NCBI GenBank assembly: GCA_965219955.1 | Contig: OZ244799.1 | Coordinates: 2,688,001 to 2,752,000, forward strand | Direction of reading: 5' to 3' | Length of the DNA stretch: 64,000 nt | Source of the DNA: a bacterium | GTDB taxonomy: Bacteria > UBA8248 | Shown here: in pieces, positions 10,192-19,461 of the stretch | Position numbering within the stretch: position 1 is the stretch's first letter | How the letters are laid out: each line of letters begins with the position of its first letter | Made by a program: the position numbers and the translations under genes | Notes under the pieces: generated by a model | Told to the model about the DNA's origin: nothing | Database searches by the model: none | Seen by the model: the letters and a program-made list of their open reading frames with translations, nothing else

Positions 10192-11097
10192 TCAATCCTT
10201 GGTTCCGAAATCACCGGCCAGGGCGATGACTTTTTCCGCCGCCTCGACCACGGGATAGTCGATCATGCGCCCGCCGACGGAGACGCTCGCCTCCCCGCGC
10301 GCCGCCGCTTCTGCAAAAGCGACGACCACCTCGCGCGCCTTTTCGACCTCTTCTTTCGTCGGCGTGAAGGCGTGGTTCACGATCTCCACCTGCTTGGGAT
10401 GGATGCAGAACTTGCCGAACATGCCGAGCGCGCGGCACCGCACGGCGCTCGCCGCGAGGCCTTCCTGATCGTCCAGCGCAATCCATACCGTGTCGAGCGG
10501 CTTCTCGAGTCCCGCGGATCGTGAGGCCACCGCGATGCGCGAGCGCGGGTAGTCGAAGGTGAACTCATCGCGCGGCCATTCGGTATCCAGATCGTTAGTG
10601 TAATCCCCCGCCCCGAAGGCGAGCTGGAAACGACGCTCCCCCGTATCGGCGGAGGCGATGGAGAAGGCGTCCTCCACACCTTTGGCGTTTTCGAGGATGG
10701 CGAGCAGATGAACGCTCCCCGCCTCACAGCCCGCCGCTCTCTCCGCATCGCGAAGCAGCCTGTCCGCCGCGAGTATCTGGCCGGCGTTCTCCGCCTTGGG
10801 CAGCACGATTCCCCGCAGCGCAGGCCCCACCACCGCCGCGATGTCCTCAGGCCCGCAGGCGATGGAAAAACCCGTGACGTCGTCCAGCGGATTCACCCTC
10901 ACGAAAACGTCCGCCCCGTCTTCTTCGGCTATCGTCTTGACCGCCGCGTCGAGCGCGGCGCGCGTCGAATCCTTCTCATCGGCGGGAACCGCGTCTTCCA
11001 GGTCCAGAACGACGGCGTCGGCCCCGGCCTTGCCGACTTTCGCGAGCATTCTCTCCCTGTTGCCGGGAGCGAAGAGAATCGTCCGGTAGAGTTTCAT
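10192..11097 (-). CDS. HpcH/CitE family CoA-ester lyase (citryl/malyl-CoA lyase-like)
   Basis: LFAPG, LDLEDAV, VRVN, LPK, FGAGD, CIHP.Q and GRMIDYP motifs. Confidence 0.9.
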   Translation of the reverse strand: MKLYRTILFAPGNRERMLAKVGKAGADAVVLDLEDAVPADEKDSTRAALDAAVKTIAEEDGADVFVRVNPLDDVTGFSIACGPEDIAAVVGPALRGIVLPKAENAGQILAADRLLRDAERAAGCEAGSVHLLAILENAKGVEDAFSIASADTGERRFQLAFGAGDYTNDLDTEWPRDEFTFDYPRSRIAVASRSAGLEKPLDTVWIALDDQEGLAASAVRCRALGMFGKFCIHPKQVEIVNHAFTPTKEEVEKAREVVVAFAEAAARGEASVSVGGRMIDYPVVEAAEKVIALAGDFGTKD

Positions 11098-11202
11098 GAA
11101 AATCTCCTTTGCTTTCATCGTCTCAGGTGATGTGCTTTTACCCCTGATGGCGGCGCTTGCCAAGCGGGGGAGGCTTCCCCTGGTGACCTGACAGGTGCAT
11201 CA

Positions 11203-11648
11203 TGGGTTGTTGAAAAAGCCCCGTATGCGTCCACCGGAAACCGCCAACGCCTCTTTCCTCGCCCTGAGTAGACGCCGAAGGTCAAACGCGACTGAGAAAG
11301 GAGCGTTTGTATCGAAGGGCGAGGAACTCGCACCGGGCGGCGCAATCACTTCCGAATTGGGTGCGATTGACATTCGATATCCGGCTTCGCCGCTACTCAG
11401 GATGAGGCGGTGCGGTTTTGCTCGTCATTCCGGCAATCAATGCCGACCGAGGAGGGAGGGATTGCCCGGAATCCATTTACGGATGTGGGTGAATACACAG
11501 CGGTGTTTCATTCCCCGCCGATGCGCGGGAACCCGGACGAGAGGCGAAAGGCGTAAAAAATGGATTCCGGCTTTCGCCGGAATGACGGTGAACATTCTCG
11601 ATTGGGGGGGAATCAGCAACTCCTTGGGGAAACTTTTTCAACAACCCC
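11203..11648. mobile_element. MITE with 15-bp TIRs and perfect 5-bp TSD CATCA
   Basis: catca|tgggttgttgaaaaa ... tttttcaacaacccc|catca; contains a ctgagta/tactcag module and an RPE4-like gtcattccggc...gccggaatgac module. Confidence 0.85.
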
Positions 11649-11757
11649 CATCAGGGGGGTCATCGCAATTTGGGATGAGTGCGCGACTTCGTTTCTGCTC
11701 CTCCGTCACCTGGAATATAATCGCCCGAAACCAACGAAACCCCTTTGGAGAGTTTTC

Positions 11758-13434
11758 ATGAAACCCGACGAACTGCTGCACCGCCCCATCACGGAACTGG
11801 CCTCATTGATCCAAAACGGCGAAGCGAAGCCGAGCGAGGTGCTCGAAAGCCACGTCGCCAGAATCGAGGCCGCCGACCCGACCATCAACGCATTTATAAA
11901 GACCACATTCGATCTCGCCAGGGAACAGGCAGGGCGGCTGGATTCAGAAATCGCCGGGGGAAACTACCGGGGGCCACTCCACGGGATTCCCATAGCACTC
12001 AAGGACCTGTTCGACCTGGAGGGCCACCCGACCACGGCGGGCAGCCGGATTCTCGGAAAAACCGCGGCGCTCGAGACGGCGGACTGCGTGCGCAGACTTA
12101 TAGATGCCGGGGCGGTGATCGTCGGGAAGACGAACCTGCAGGAATTCGCGCGCGGCGGCACCGGGGCGAACAGCGCGTTCGGCCCGGCGCGAAACCCCTG
12201 GAGCCTCGAACACACGCCCGGGGGAAGCAGCAGCGGCTCGGCCGCCTGCGTGGCGGCGGGGATGGCGGCTGCCGCGCTCGGCTCCGACACGGGCGGCTCG
12301 GTGCGCCTGCCCGCTTCGTTCTGCAATCTGGTGGGTATCCGCTCCACCTATGGCCGGGTGAGCCGGGCGGGGGCCGTGCCGCTGGGTCTGAGCTTCGACA
12401 ACGTGGGTCCCCTCGCGCGCACGGTGGAGGACGCCGCCCTCATCCTGGGAGCCATCGCAGGTCCCGACCCCAAAGACCCGACGACGGGAACCAGGCCCGC
12501 GCCTGATTTTTTGGGAAATATGAACGAGGGCGTGCGCGGCATGACGCTGGGCGTTCCGACGAACCACTTCTGGCCGGGCGAGGACGCAGAAGCCGAAGCG
12601 GTCGTCCGCGAGAGCATCGCCCGGTTCGAGAAGCTGGGGGCGGAAATCATAGAGGTGGAAATCCCCTGGGCGAGGCTCGGCCAGGTGGCCTACGCCGCAA
12701 CCGTGGGGCCCGAGGGTGCGGAATACCACCGCAAATTCCTCGAAAACCACCGGGACGGGTACGTCTCCCCCGGGGCGGATTTCTTCGAGTACAGTCTCTT
12801 CATTCCGGGCTGGCGCTACGTGCAGGCGCAAAAGGCGCGAACTTTCTTCATCCGGCAGGCGGCGGAGGTTTTCAGACGTGTGGACGCCGTGCTCACGCCC
12901 ACCGTCGCAATCGCGCCGCCCACCATCGCGGATTGTCTCGACGGCATGAAGATGTGGCCGATAGTGAGCGACAACACGGCCGCCTTCAGCACCATCGGCA
13001 ACCCCGTCCTCCAGGTCCCCTGCGGGTTCACGAAAGCGGGCCTGCCCGTCGGCCTCCAGATAGCGGGAAGATGGGGGGATGAGGCGCGTCTGTTCCGCAT
13101 CGGCAAGGCGCTGGAAGACGACAATCCGCTGTGGAAGATGCGCCCGCCCGAAGTCGACGAGCAGCCGCCTCCCGAACCATTCCTGGACGAAGGCTCCGCT
13201 TCCTCATCCCAGGAAGCATCGGAAACAGAAGCCGCCGCCCACACCCTCGCCATGGCGAAGACCATGGGCTATGCGATCGACAGGGATAAGATCTCGCCGG
13301 AGGGACTCGCACAGGGCGTCTCGAACATGCTCGCGGGACTGGAAAAACTCGACGACCTCGACCTTGATGACTGCGAGCGCGCCGAGACGCTCAACCTGCT
13401 CGAAATGGATTTTGACTCCATCCCGCCTCCGTGA
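11758..13434 (+). CDS. Amidase signature family protein (GatA-like) with C-terminal extension
   Basis: GIPIALKDL, GKTNLQEFA, GGSSSGSAA and GSDTGGSVRLPAS catalytic motifs. The ORF track's longer N-terminus lies inside the MITE. Confidence 0.92.
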   Translation: MKPDELLHRPITELASLIQNGEAKPSEVLESHVARIEAADPTINAFIKTTFDLAREQAGRLDSEIAGGNYRGPLHGIPIALKDLFDLEGHPTTAGSRILGKTAALETADCVRRLIDAGAVIVGKTNLQEFARGGTGANSAFGPARNPWSLEHTPGGSSSGSAACVAAGMAAAALGSDTGGSVRLPASFCNLVGIRSTYGRVSRAGAVPLGLSFDNVGPLARTVEDAALILGAIAGPDPKDPTTGTRPAPDFLGNMNEGVRGMTLGVPTNHFWPGEDAEAEAVVRESIARFEKLGAEIIEVEIPWARLGQVAYAATVGPEGAEYHRKFLENHRDGYVSPGADFFEYSLFIPGWRYVQAQKARTFFIRQAAEVFRRVDAVLTPTVAIAPPTIADCLDGMKMWPIVSDNTAAFSTIGNPVLQVPCGFTKAGLPVGLQIAGRWGDEARLFRIGKALEDDNPLWKMRPPEVDEQPPPEPFLDEGSASSSQEASETEAAAHTLAMAKTMGYAIDRDKISPEGLAQGVSNMLAGLEKLDDLDLDDCERAETLNLLEMDFDSIPPP

Positions 13435-13723
13435 TGGGTTGTTGAAATAGTCCGGAACTCTGGATTTGTCGTATGTAACCGACCGACGAGAGAGAAAAAT
13501 CACTCCCCCCTTGAGGGGGAGTCGATGAAGCCGAGCGGTTTGTGCGAAGGCTGAATCGGTGGGGGGTGAATCGCGTTTTATCGGCACTCCGAATTATACC
13601 CCCCACCGAATCGCTTGCGGGCTTACGCCCTTAGCTCTTCGACTCCCCCTCAAGGGGGGAGTGAATCTTGCTCTTTCATTGGACGAGTCAAATCCTCGTT
13701 AATCGGGGTTTCTCAACAGCCCC
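13435..13723. mobile_element. MITE, TSD CGTGA/CGTAA
   Basis: tgggttgttgaaata ... tttctcaacagcccc; internal hairpin 13500-13664 homologous to 1876-2038. Confidence 0.8.
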
Positions 13724-13735
13724 CGTAAGAAAGGC

Positions 13736-14860
13736 CTAATCCGGCTTGAGCAGGACTTTCAGGCACTCCCCCGTTCCGGTGACCTCGATGCCCGCCTGCA
13801 CCTGGGAGAGGGGCAGGCGGTGGGTGAAGATGTCGTCAATCGGCAGGTCCGTTCTCAGGAGCATGTCCATCGCCGGCTCGAACTGCACCTGGGGATAGGC
13901 CCATGAGCCGCAGATGTCCACGTCCTTGTTGCACACCTGGTGGGGCCTGATCTCCACCCCGCCCGGGTCGCCGTAGTGCCCGACCTCCACCAGCTTCCCG
14001 CCCCGGCGGACGATGTCCAGCCCCTCGGCGAAGGCCGCGGGAACGCCCGCCGCCTCGACGACCACGTCGGGCCCCACGCCGTCCGTCCAGGAGAGGATCT
14101 GCTCTTTTCTCTCTTCCGGCGTGAGCGCCGCCAGGCTCACCGTCTTCGTGGCGCCGAATTTTTTCGAGAACGCGAGCCTTTCCTCGGTCATGTCCACCGC
14201 GATGATCTCGCCCGCCCCCATCGTCTTGAGAGCGGCCACCACCAGCAGCCCGATGGGGCCGACGCCCATGACGGCGCAGCGCGCGCCCACGCCGAACCCC
14301 TCCCCCGCGTAGGGGATGCCCGGCGAGAGCGAGCGCCCCGCCGCCCTCTGGGCCACGGCCAGGGGTTCGCAGAGCGTGGCCCGCTCGAGCGAGAGGCCCT
14401 CGGGCAGCTTCAGGACGAAGGAATTTCCGGGAATATACATGTATTCGGAAAACGCCCCGAAAAGGTGCGGCGCCTCGGCGGAGGAGCGGAAGCCGAAGAC
14501 CGTGCGGTTCGGGCACAACTGGGGCCGGTGCGGCGTGTGAATGCAGAACCAGCATTTTCCGCACGCCTGGCTGCCCGGCGCCACGGTGATGGCGTCGCCC
14601 TCCTCGATGGGGCCGCCCACGATCTTCATGTTCGCATTCGCCTGCGGCCCCAATTTCTCGACGACCCCGCTGAACTCATGGCCCGGGATCACCGGCCACG
14701 CTAGATCCAGGTTCCCCCCGTACATGTGCTTGTCCGAACCGCAGACGCCGACGGCGGCCACCCGCATCAAAAGGGCGTCGTCCTCAATCTCGGGCATGGG
14801 GTATTCGCGCAGGGCGATTTCGCCCGGCTGTAGAATCGTGGCGGCCTGAACGGTGGACAT
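13736..14860 (-). CDS. Zn-dependent medium-chain alcohol dehydrogenase
   Basis: CGSD, GHEFSG, C-x2-C-x2-C-x9-C structural Zn site, GVGPIG. Confidence 0.92.
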   Translation of the reverse strand: MSTVQAATILQPGEIALREYPMPEIEDDALLMRVAAVGVCGSDKHMYGGNLDLAWPVIPGHEFSGVVEKLGPQANANMKIVGGPIEEGDAITVAPGSQACGKCWFCIHTPHRPQLCPNRTVFGFRSSAEAPHLFGAFSEYMYIPGNSFVLKLPEGLSLERATLCEPLAVAQRAAGRSLSPGIPYAGEGFGVGARCAVMGVGPIGLLVVAALKTMGAGEIIAVDMTEERLAFSKKFGATKTVSLAALTPEERKEQILSWTDGVGPDVVVEAAGVPAAFAEGLDIVRRGGKLVEVGHYGDPGGVEIRPHQVCNKDVDICGSWAYPQVQFEPAMDMLLRTDLPIDDIFTHRLPLSQVQAGIEVTGTGECLKVLLKPD

Positions 14861-15010
14861 CGAATCCGTCTCCTCGAATAATGACTTTACACTTAAGAAA
14901 AACGGGCGCTAAGCGTCTCGGGATGTTGTGATGCGCGCTACTTTAGCGTATCTCTGATTCGCGCCACAACGAACGCAGTGGAAGCGAACCCCGAATCTCT
15001 TGAGGAACCC

Positions 15011-15874
15011 ATGCCGCTCGAGAAGACGCTCGCCATCTTCGGCTACCCCCTGGGGCATACGCTCTCGCCCGTCATGCACAACGCGGCGGCGCAGGCGCTG
15101 GGCCTGCCCTACCGCTTCCAGGCCTACGAGGTTCACCCGGACCGCTACGAAGAAGCGGTGCGCGGGGCGGCGGCGATGGGTTTCGCGGGCTTTTGCGTCA
15201 CCATCCCCCACAAGGTGGCCACCTTCCGGCTGGTGGACGAGTTGAGTGAGGATGCGAGGCTCATGGGCGCGGTGAACATGGTGACCTTCGAGGAGGGCGG
15301 CAAACTCAAGGGCCACAACACCGACGGCGCGGGCTGGCTGCGCTCCCTGGAAGAGGAAACGGGGGTATCTCCTGAAGGGAAAAGATGCCTGCTCCTCGGT
15401 GCTGGCGGCGCCGCGCGGGCCATCGCCATCAAGCTCGCGCAAACAGGCGCCGCGCACGTCGAGATTCGCAACCGCACGGCGGAAAAAGCCGCCTCGCTGG
15501 CAAGCGAGGTGAAATCGCACTTTCCGGGCGTCGAAATCGGCGGAGGCGGTCTGGATGAGCTTGAAACCGCCGCCCGGGGGCGGGATATTATCGTCAACAC
15601 GACGAGCCTGGGGATGACCGGCGATAAGGAGAGAGAGGCGGCCTGCCCCCTGCCCGAGGAATACATACCGCCTGAGAGCATCTGCGCCGATGCGGTCTAC
15701 AACCCGCTCGACACCCCGTTCCTGAAGGCCGCCCGCCGGAGAGGCGCGCGCGCCGTCTCGGGGGTCGGCTGGCTTTTGCACCAGGGGGCGCTTGGCTGGG
15801 AGCTTTGGACCGGCACGCAGATGCCGGTCGAGCACGTGCTGGAGAAGATGCTCGAAGCGCTTGGGAACCGATAA
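15011..15874 (+). CDS. aroE: Shikimate dehydrogenase
   Basis: GYPLGHTLSP, VTIPHK, GAVN, NTDG, GAGGAARA, NRT and D.VYNP motifs. Confidence 0.92.
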   Translation: MPLEKTLAIFGYPLGHTLSPVMHNAAAQALGLPYRFQAYEVHPDRYEEAVRGAAAMGFAGFCVTIPHKVATFRLVDELSEDARLMGAVNMVTFEEGGKLKGHNTDGAGWLRSLEEETGVSPEGKRCLLLGAGGAARAIAIKLAQTGAAHVEIRNRTAEKAASLASEVKSHFPGVEIGGGGLDELETAARGRDIIVNTTSLGMTGDKEREAACPLPEEYIPPESICADAVYNPLDTPFLKAARRRGARAVSGVGWLLHQGALGWELWTGTQMPVEHVLEKMLEALGNR

Positions 15875-15905
15875 CACTCACTGAACAAGGAGCCTGAGAG
15901 ATTCC

Positions 15906-17096
15906 ATGAGTATGCCGCTTGAGGGGATTCGCGTCCTCGATCTTTCCAGAATACTGGCGGGGCCGTTCTGCACCATGATGCTCGGCGACATGGGCGCCGA
16001 AGTCATCAAGGTCGAAAACCCCGTCGGCGGAGACGACACGCGCGGCTGGCCGCCTTTTTACGAGGGGGGCGAGAGCAGCTATTTCCAGTCCGTGAACAGG
16101 AACAAGAAAAGCCTGACGCTCAACCTGAAGGCCGAAGAGGGAAAGTCAATCTTAAGGGGGCTCGTCGAGAAGTCGGACATCCTCATCCAGAACTTCCGGC
16201 CCGGCGCCATCGAGCGGCTCGGCTTCGACTGGGATACCTGCCACGCCCTCAACCCCCGGCTCATCTACGCCAGCGTCTCGGGCTACGGCCAGAGCGGCCC
16301 CTCGAAAGAGAGACCCGCCTACGACATCCTCTTACAAGGCGAGGGCGGACTCATGAGCATCACGGGCGCCGAGGGGGGCGGGGGCTTCAAGACGGGCATC
16401 GCCATCGCCGACCTCACCACCGCCATGTTCGCGACCCAGGGGATTCTGCTGGCCATCATCGCCCGCGAGAAGACGGGGGAGGGCCAGTACGTCGACACGG
16501 CCATCCAGGATGGACAGGCCGCGCTGATGAGCCACGCCGCGGGGAACTATTTCGCCACGGGCACACCGCCCGGTCGGCTGGGGAACCGCCACCCGAGCAT
16601 CGCGCCGTACCGCGATTTTCCCTGCTCGGACGGGGAACTCATCGTCGCGGCGGCCAACGACTCCTTGTGGCAGCGCTTCGCCCGCGCCATCGGCAGGGCC
16701 GATCTGGCGGACGACTCCAAATGGGATACGAACGCGGCGCGCGTCTCGGGGCGCGATGAACTCGAAGCCGAGATCGAGGAGACCATGCGGGCCAGGACAC
16801 GCGCGGAGTGGGCCGAAATCGTATCGGACGCGGGCGTGCCCTGCGGGCCGGTGCGGACGATAGAGGAGTTGTGCGCGGACCCGCAGATCCATCACCGCGA
16901 GATGGTCGTCGAGATGGAGCACGCGAGAACCGGCGTCCTGAAGGTGATGGGAAACCCCATGAAGCTCTCGGACACGCCCGGCGAACTCCGCATGCCCCCT
17001 CCCCTGCTGGGCGAGCATACGGAAGAGGTCCTCGGCGGCCTGCTCGGCAAGTCGGACGGGGAAATCGCCGCGTTAAAGGAAAAGGGCGTCGCCTAG
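15906..17096 (+). CDS. CaiB/BaiF class III CoA-transferase
   Basis: LEGIRVLDLSRILAGPF, NRNKKS, NFRPG and PPLLGEHT motifs. Confidence 0.94.
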   Translation: MSMPLEGIRVLDLSRILAGPFCTMMLGDMGAEVIKVENPVGGDDTRGWPPFYEGGESSYFQSVNRNKKSLTLNLKAEEGKSILRGLVEKSDILIQNFRPGAIERLGFDWDTCHALNPRLIYASVSGYGQSGPSKERPAYDILLQGEGGLMSITGAEGGGGFKTGIAIADLTTAMFATQGILLAIIAREKTGEGQYVDTAIQDGQAALMSHAAGNYFATGTPPGRLGNRHPSIAPYRDFPCSDGELIVAAANDSLWQRFARAIGRADLADDSKWDTNAARVSGRDELEAEIEETMRARTRAEWAEIVSDAGVPCGPVRTIEELCADPQIHHREMVVEMEHARTGVLKVMGNPMKLSDTPGELRMPPPLLGEHTEEVLGGLLGKSDGEIAALKEKGVA

Positions 17097-17190
17097 CGTT
17101 CATGGGGAGCCAAGCCTTGTCAGACGCGGCCCTCGCCGATAGGATGCGGGAGAAATTGCGGACTTGACTCGATAAAAACGGAGAAACGCC

Positions 17191-18192
17191 CTGAGAACGG
17201 TCACGTATTCATTCAACTTCACCCTGCCCATCACGAACTGGTGCGTGAACCACTGCGGCTATTGCAGCTTCCGCAGCAATGTTCCGCTCCTGCTCTCCAT
17301 GGAGGAGTGCGAGCGGCTCGCGCGGCAGGCCTACGCGCAGGGCGTGGTCGAGGCGCTCGTCATGACGGGCGAGGGGATCGACCGCCACAAGGGCCTCAAG
17401 AACCAGCTCAAGGAATGGGGGTATGACTCCTACGCCGCCTATACGGCCGAGGTGTGCCGGATGTGCCTCGAAGTCGGCCTGCTGCCCCACGCCAACATCG
17501 GCACGCTGGAGGAGTGGGAGTACGAGATTCTCAAACCCTACAACGTCTCGATGGGCATGATGATGGAGACCGTCAGCGCCGAAGCCACGCGTATCGCCCA
17601 CCGGGCGGCGCCGACGAAAACGCCCGAGGTCCGGCTCGCCTCCCTGGAAGCGGCGGGCAAGCTCGGAGTCGCGTTCACGACGGGAATCCTCGTCGGCATC
17701 GGGGAATCGCCCGAAGAGCGGGTCGAGACGCTGGAGGCCATCGCCGAGGTGCACGGGCGCTACGGGCATATCCAGGAGATTATTTTGCAGCCCCTGAACC
17801 CCCAGCCTTTAACCCCCATGGCCAGGTGGACCCGCCCGCCGGATGAGGATATCGCGGCGCTTATCCCGGAAGTCAAAAAGCTCATGCCGGGCGTACACAT
17901 ACAGGTTCCGCCGAACCTGGTGGACGACCTGCTCGGCCTCATCATGGCGGGTGCGGACGACATCGGCGGCATCGCGCCGGAGCCCGATCACATCAACCCG
18001 AACCGCGGCTGGCCCAAGCTGGGGAATCTGGACCAGTCCCTCCATCAGGAGGACATCGCCCTGCGCCTCAGGATGCCGGTGTATGACGAATTCATCGAGG
18101 CGGGCTGGTGCCCGCCCGAAACCATGCCCGCGCTCCGACGGATGCTGGAGCGTCGCGAAGCGCAGGAAGCCCTGCCCGTGGAGATCGCATGA
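17191..18192 (+). CDS. cofG: FO synthase subunit CofG (radical SAM), probable CTG start
   Basis: TVTYS..FTLPITNWCVNHCGYCSF (CxxxCxxC), FTTGILVGIGE, YGHIQE and IQVPPNL motifs; first gene of the F420 cluster. Confidence 0.9.
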   Translation: MRTVTYSFNFTLPITNWCVNHCGYCSFRSNVPLLLSMEECERLARQAYAQGVVEALVMTGEGIDRHKGLKNQLKEWGYDSYAAYTAEVCRMCLEVGLLPHANIGTLEEWEYEILKPYNVSMGMMMETVSAEATRIAHRAAPTKTPEVRLASLEAAGKLGVAFTTGILVGIGESPEERVETLEAIAEVHGRYGHIQEIILQPLNPQPLTPMARWTRPPDEDIAALIPEVKKLMPGVHIQVPPNLVDDLLGLIMAGADDIGGIAPEPDHINPNRGWPKLGNLDQSLHQEDIALRLRMPVYDEFIEAGWCPPETMPALRRMLERREAQEALPVEIA

Positions 18193-19442
18193 ACGCCCTT
18201 TTCGCCCATGAAATTCTGGACGCCTTCGAGGCGGGAGAGGAAATCTCGCGCGAGGGCGCGACCGCCCTGCTCGCCGAGCGGGATGAGGAGCTCACCGAGC
18301 GCCTTTACGAGACGGCGGACGCGGAGAGGAAGAAGACCGTCGGCGACGAGGTGAGCTACGTCATCAACGCGAACGTGAATTTCACGAACGTGTGCTACAC
18401 CGACTGCAAGTACTGCGGCTTCTGGCGTCGGCCGAACGCGCCGGACGCCTATACGCACGACGACGACGTGCTGCGCGAGAAATTCGAGCGCGCCAGGGAC
18501 TTCGGCGTGCGCGAAATCTGCATGCAGGGGGGCTTGAACCCCCAGATATCCATCGACCGCTACGAGGAAGTGCTCAGGCTCGCGCGCGAAGTCATCCCCG
18601 GCGTCCACATGCACGCCTATTCGCCCGCGGAAGTCGACCACATCCAGCGGAAAACCCGGCTGCCCCTCGAAGTGGTGCTCACGCGTCTCAAGGAAGCGGG
18701 CCTCGGCTCCGTCCCCGGAACGGCGGCAGAGATACTCGTGGAGAGGGTGAAGAAGCTCATCAGTCCGGGAAGAATCCCCGTCGAGAGGTGGTGCGAGATC
18801 ATCCGCACCGCCCACGCCGTGGGCATCCCGACGACTTCCACCGTCATGTACGGCCACATCGAGAGCAGCGCCGACCTGGCCGAGCACATGGATATCCTCC
18901 GAAAGATGCAAAAAGACTCGCTCCAGACGGACGGGGAGGGTCGGTTCACGGAGTTCGTTCCCCTCCCCTTCATCCCGTACGACAACAAGATGGGCGAGGA
19001 GTTCGGCATCGAGGAGATGGCGGATCTGGAAACCATTTTCAGGCTCCATGCCGTGGCGCGGCTCTTCTTCCGGGGGACCATCGCCAACATCCAGGTGGCG
19101 TGGCCCAAGATCGGTATCGACGCCGCGCAGAAGGCGCTCTCCCTCGGGGTGAACGACCTGGGCGGAACGCTGATCGAGGAGAACATCTCGCGCGAGTCGG
19201 GTTCCGAATACGGGCAAAGCCTGAGCCCCAGGCAGTTCAACGACGCCATCCTGGGGGCGGGGCGCACTCCCGTTCAGCGCACAACCACCTACGACATCAT
19301 CCGCGAAGACGACCCGAGATACCGCCACCCCCGCCTGGATGACGAGACGCTGCTCGGCGCCGGCTTCTCCGGTGGGCAAAAGTCGGGCGACTTCATCCCG
19401 GAAACCCACCTGGGCGTCTCGAATACCGAACGCCCCCGCTAA
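18189..19442 (+). CDS. cofH: FO synthase subunit CofH (radical SAM)
   Basis: NVNFTNVCYTDCKYCGF, MQGG, PGTAAEIL, MYGHIE, FVPLPF and NDLGGTL motifs; ATGA overlap with cofG. Confidence 0.9.
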   Translation: MNALFAHEILDAFEAGEEISREGATALLAERDEELTERLYETADAERKKTVGDEVSYVINANVNFTNVCYTDCKYCGFWRRPNAPDAYTHDDDVLREKFERARDFGVREICMQGGLNPQISIDRYEEVLRLAREVIPGVHMHAYSPAEVDHIQRKTRLPLEVVLTRLKEAGLGSVPGTAAEILVERVKKLISPGRIPVERWCEIIRTAHAVGIPTTSTVMYGHIESSADLAEHMDILRKMQKDSLQTDGEGRFTEFVPLPFIPYDNKMGEEFGIEEMADLETIFRLHAVARLFFRGTIANIQVAWPKIGIDAAQKALSLGVNDLGGTLIEENISRESGSEYGQSLSPRQFNDAILGAGRTPVQRTTTYDIIREDDPRYRHPRLDDETLLGAGFSGGQKSGDFIPETHLGVSNTERPR

Positions 19443-19461
19443 CAGGCCGGAGAAAGAATCC

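Noticed and set aside
11560-11757. N-terminal extension of the amidase in the ORF track
   Set aside because: It starts inside the MITE; ATG 11758 has a GGAG RBS and matches the family start.
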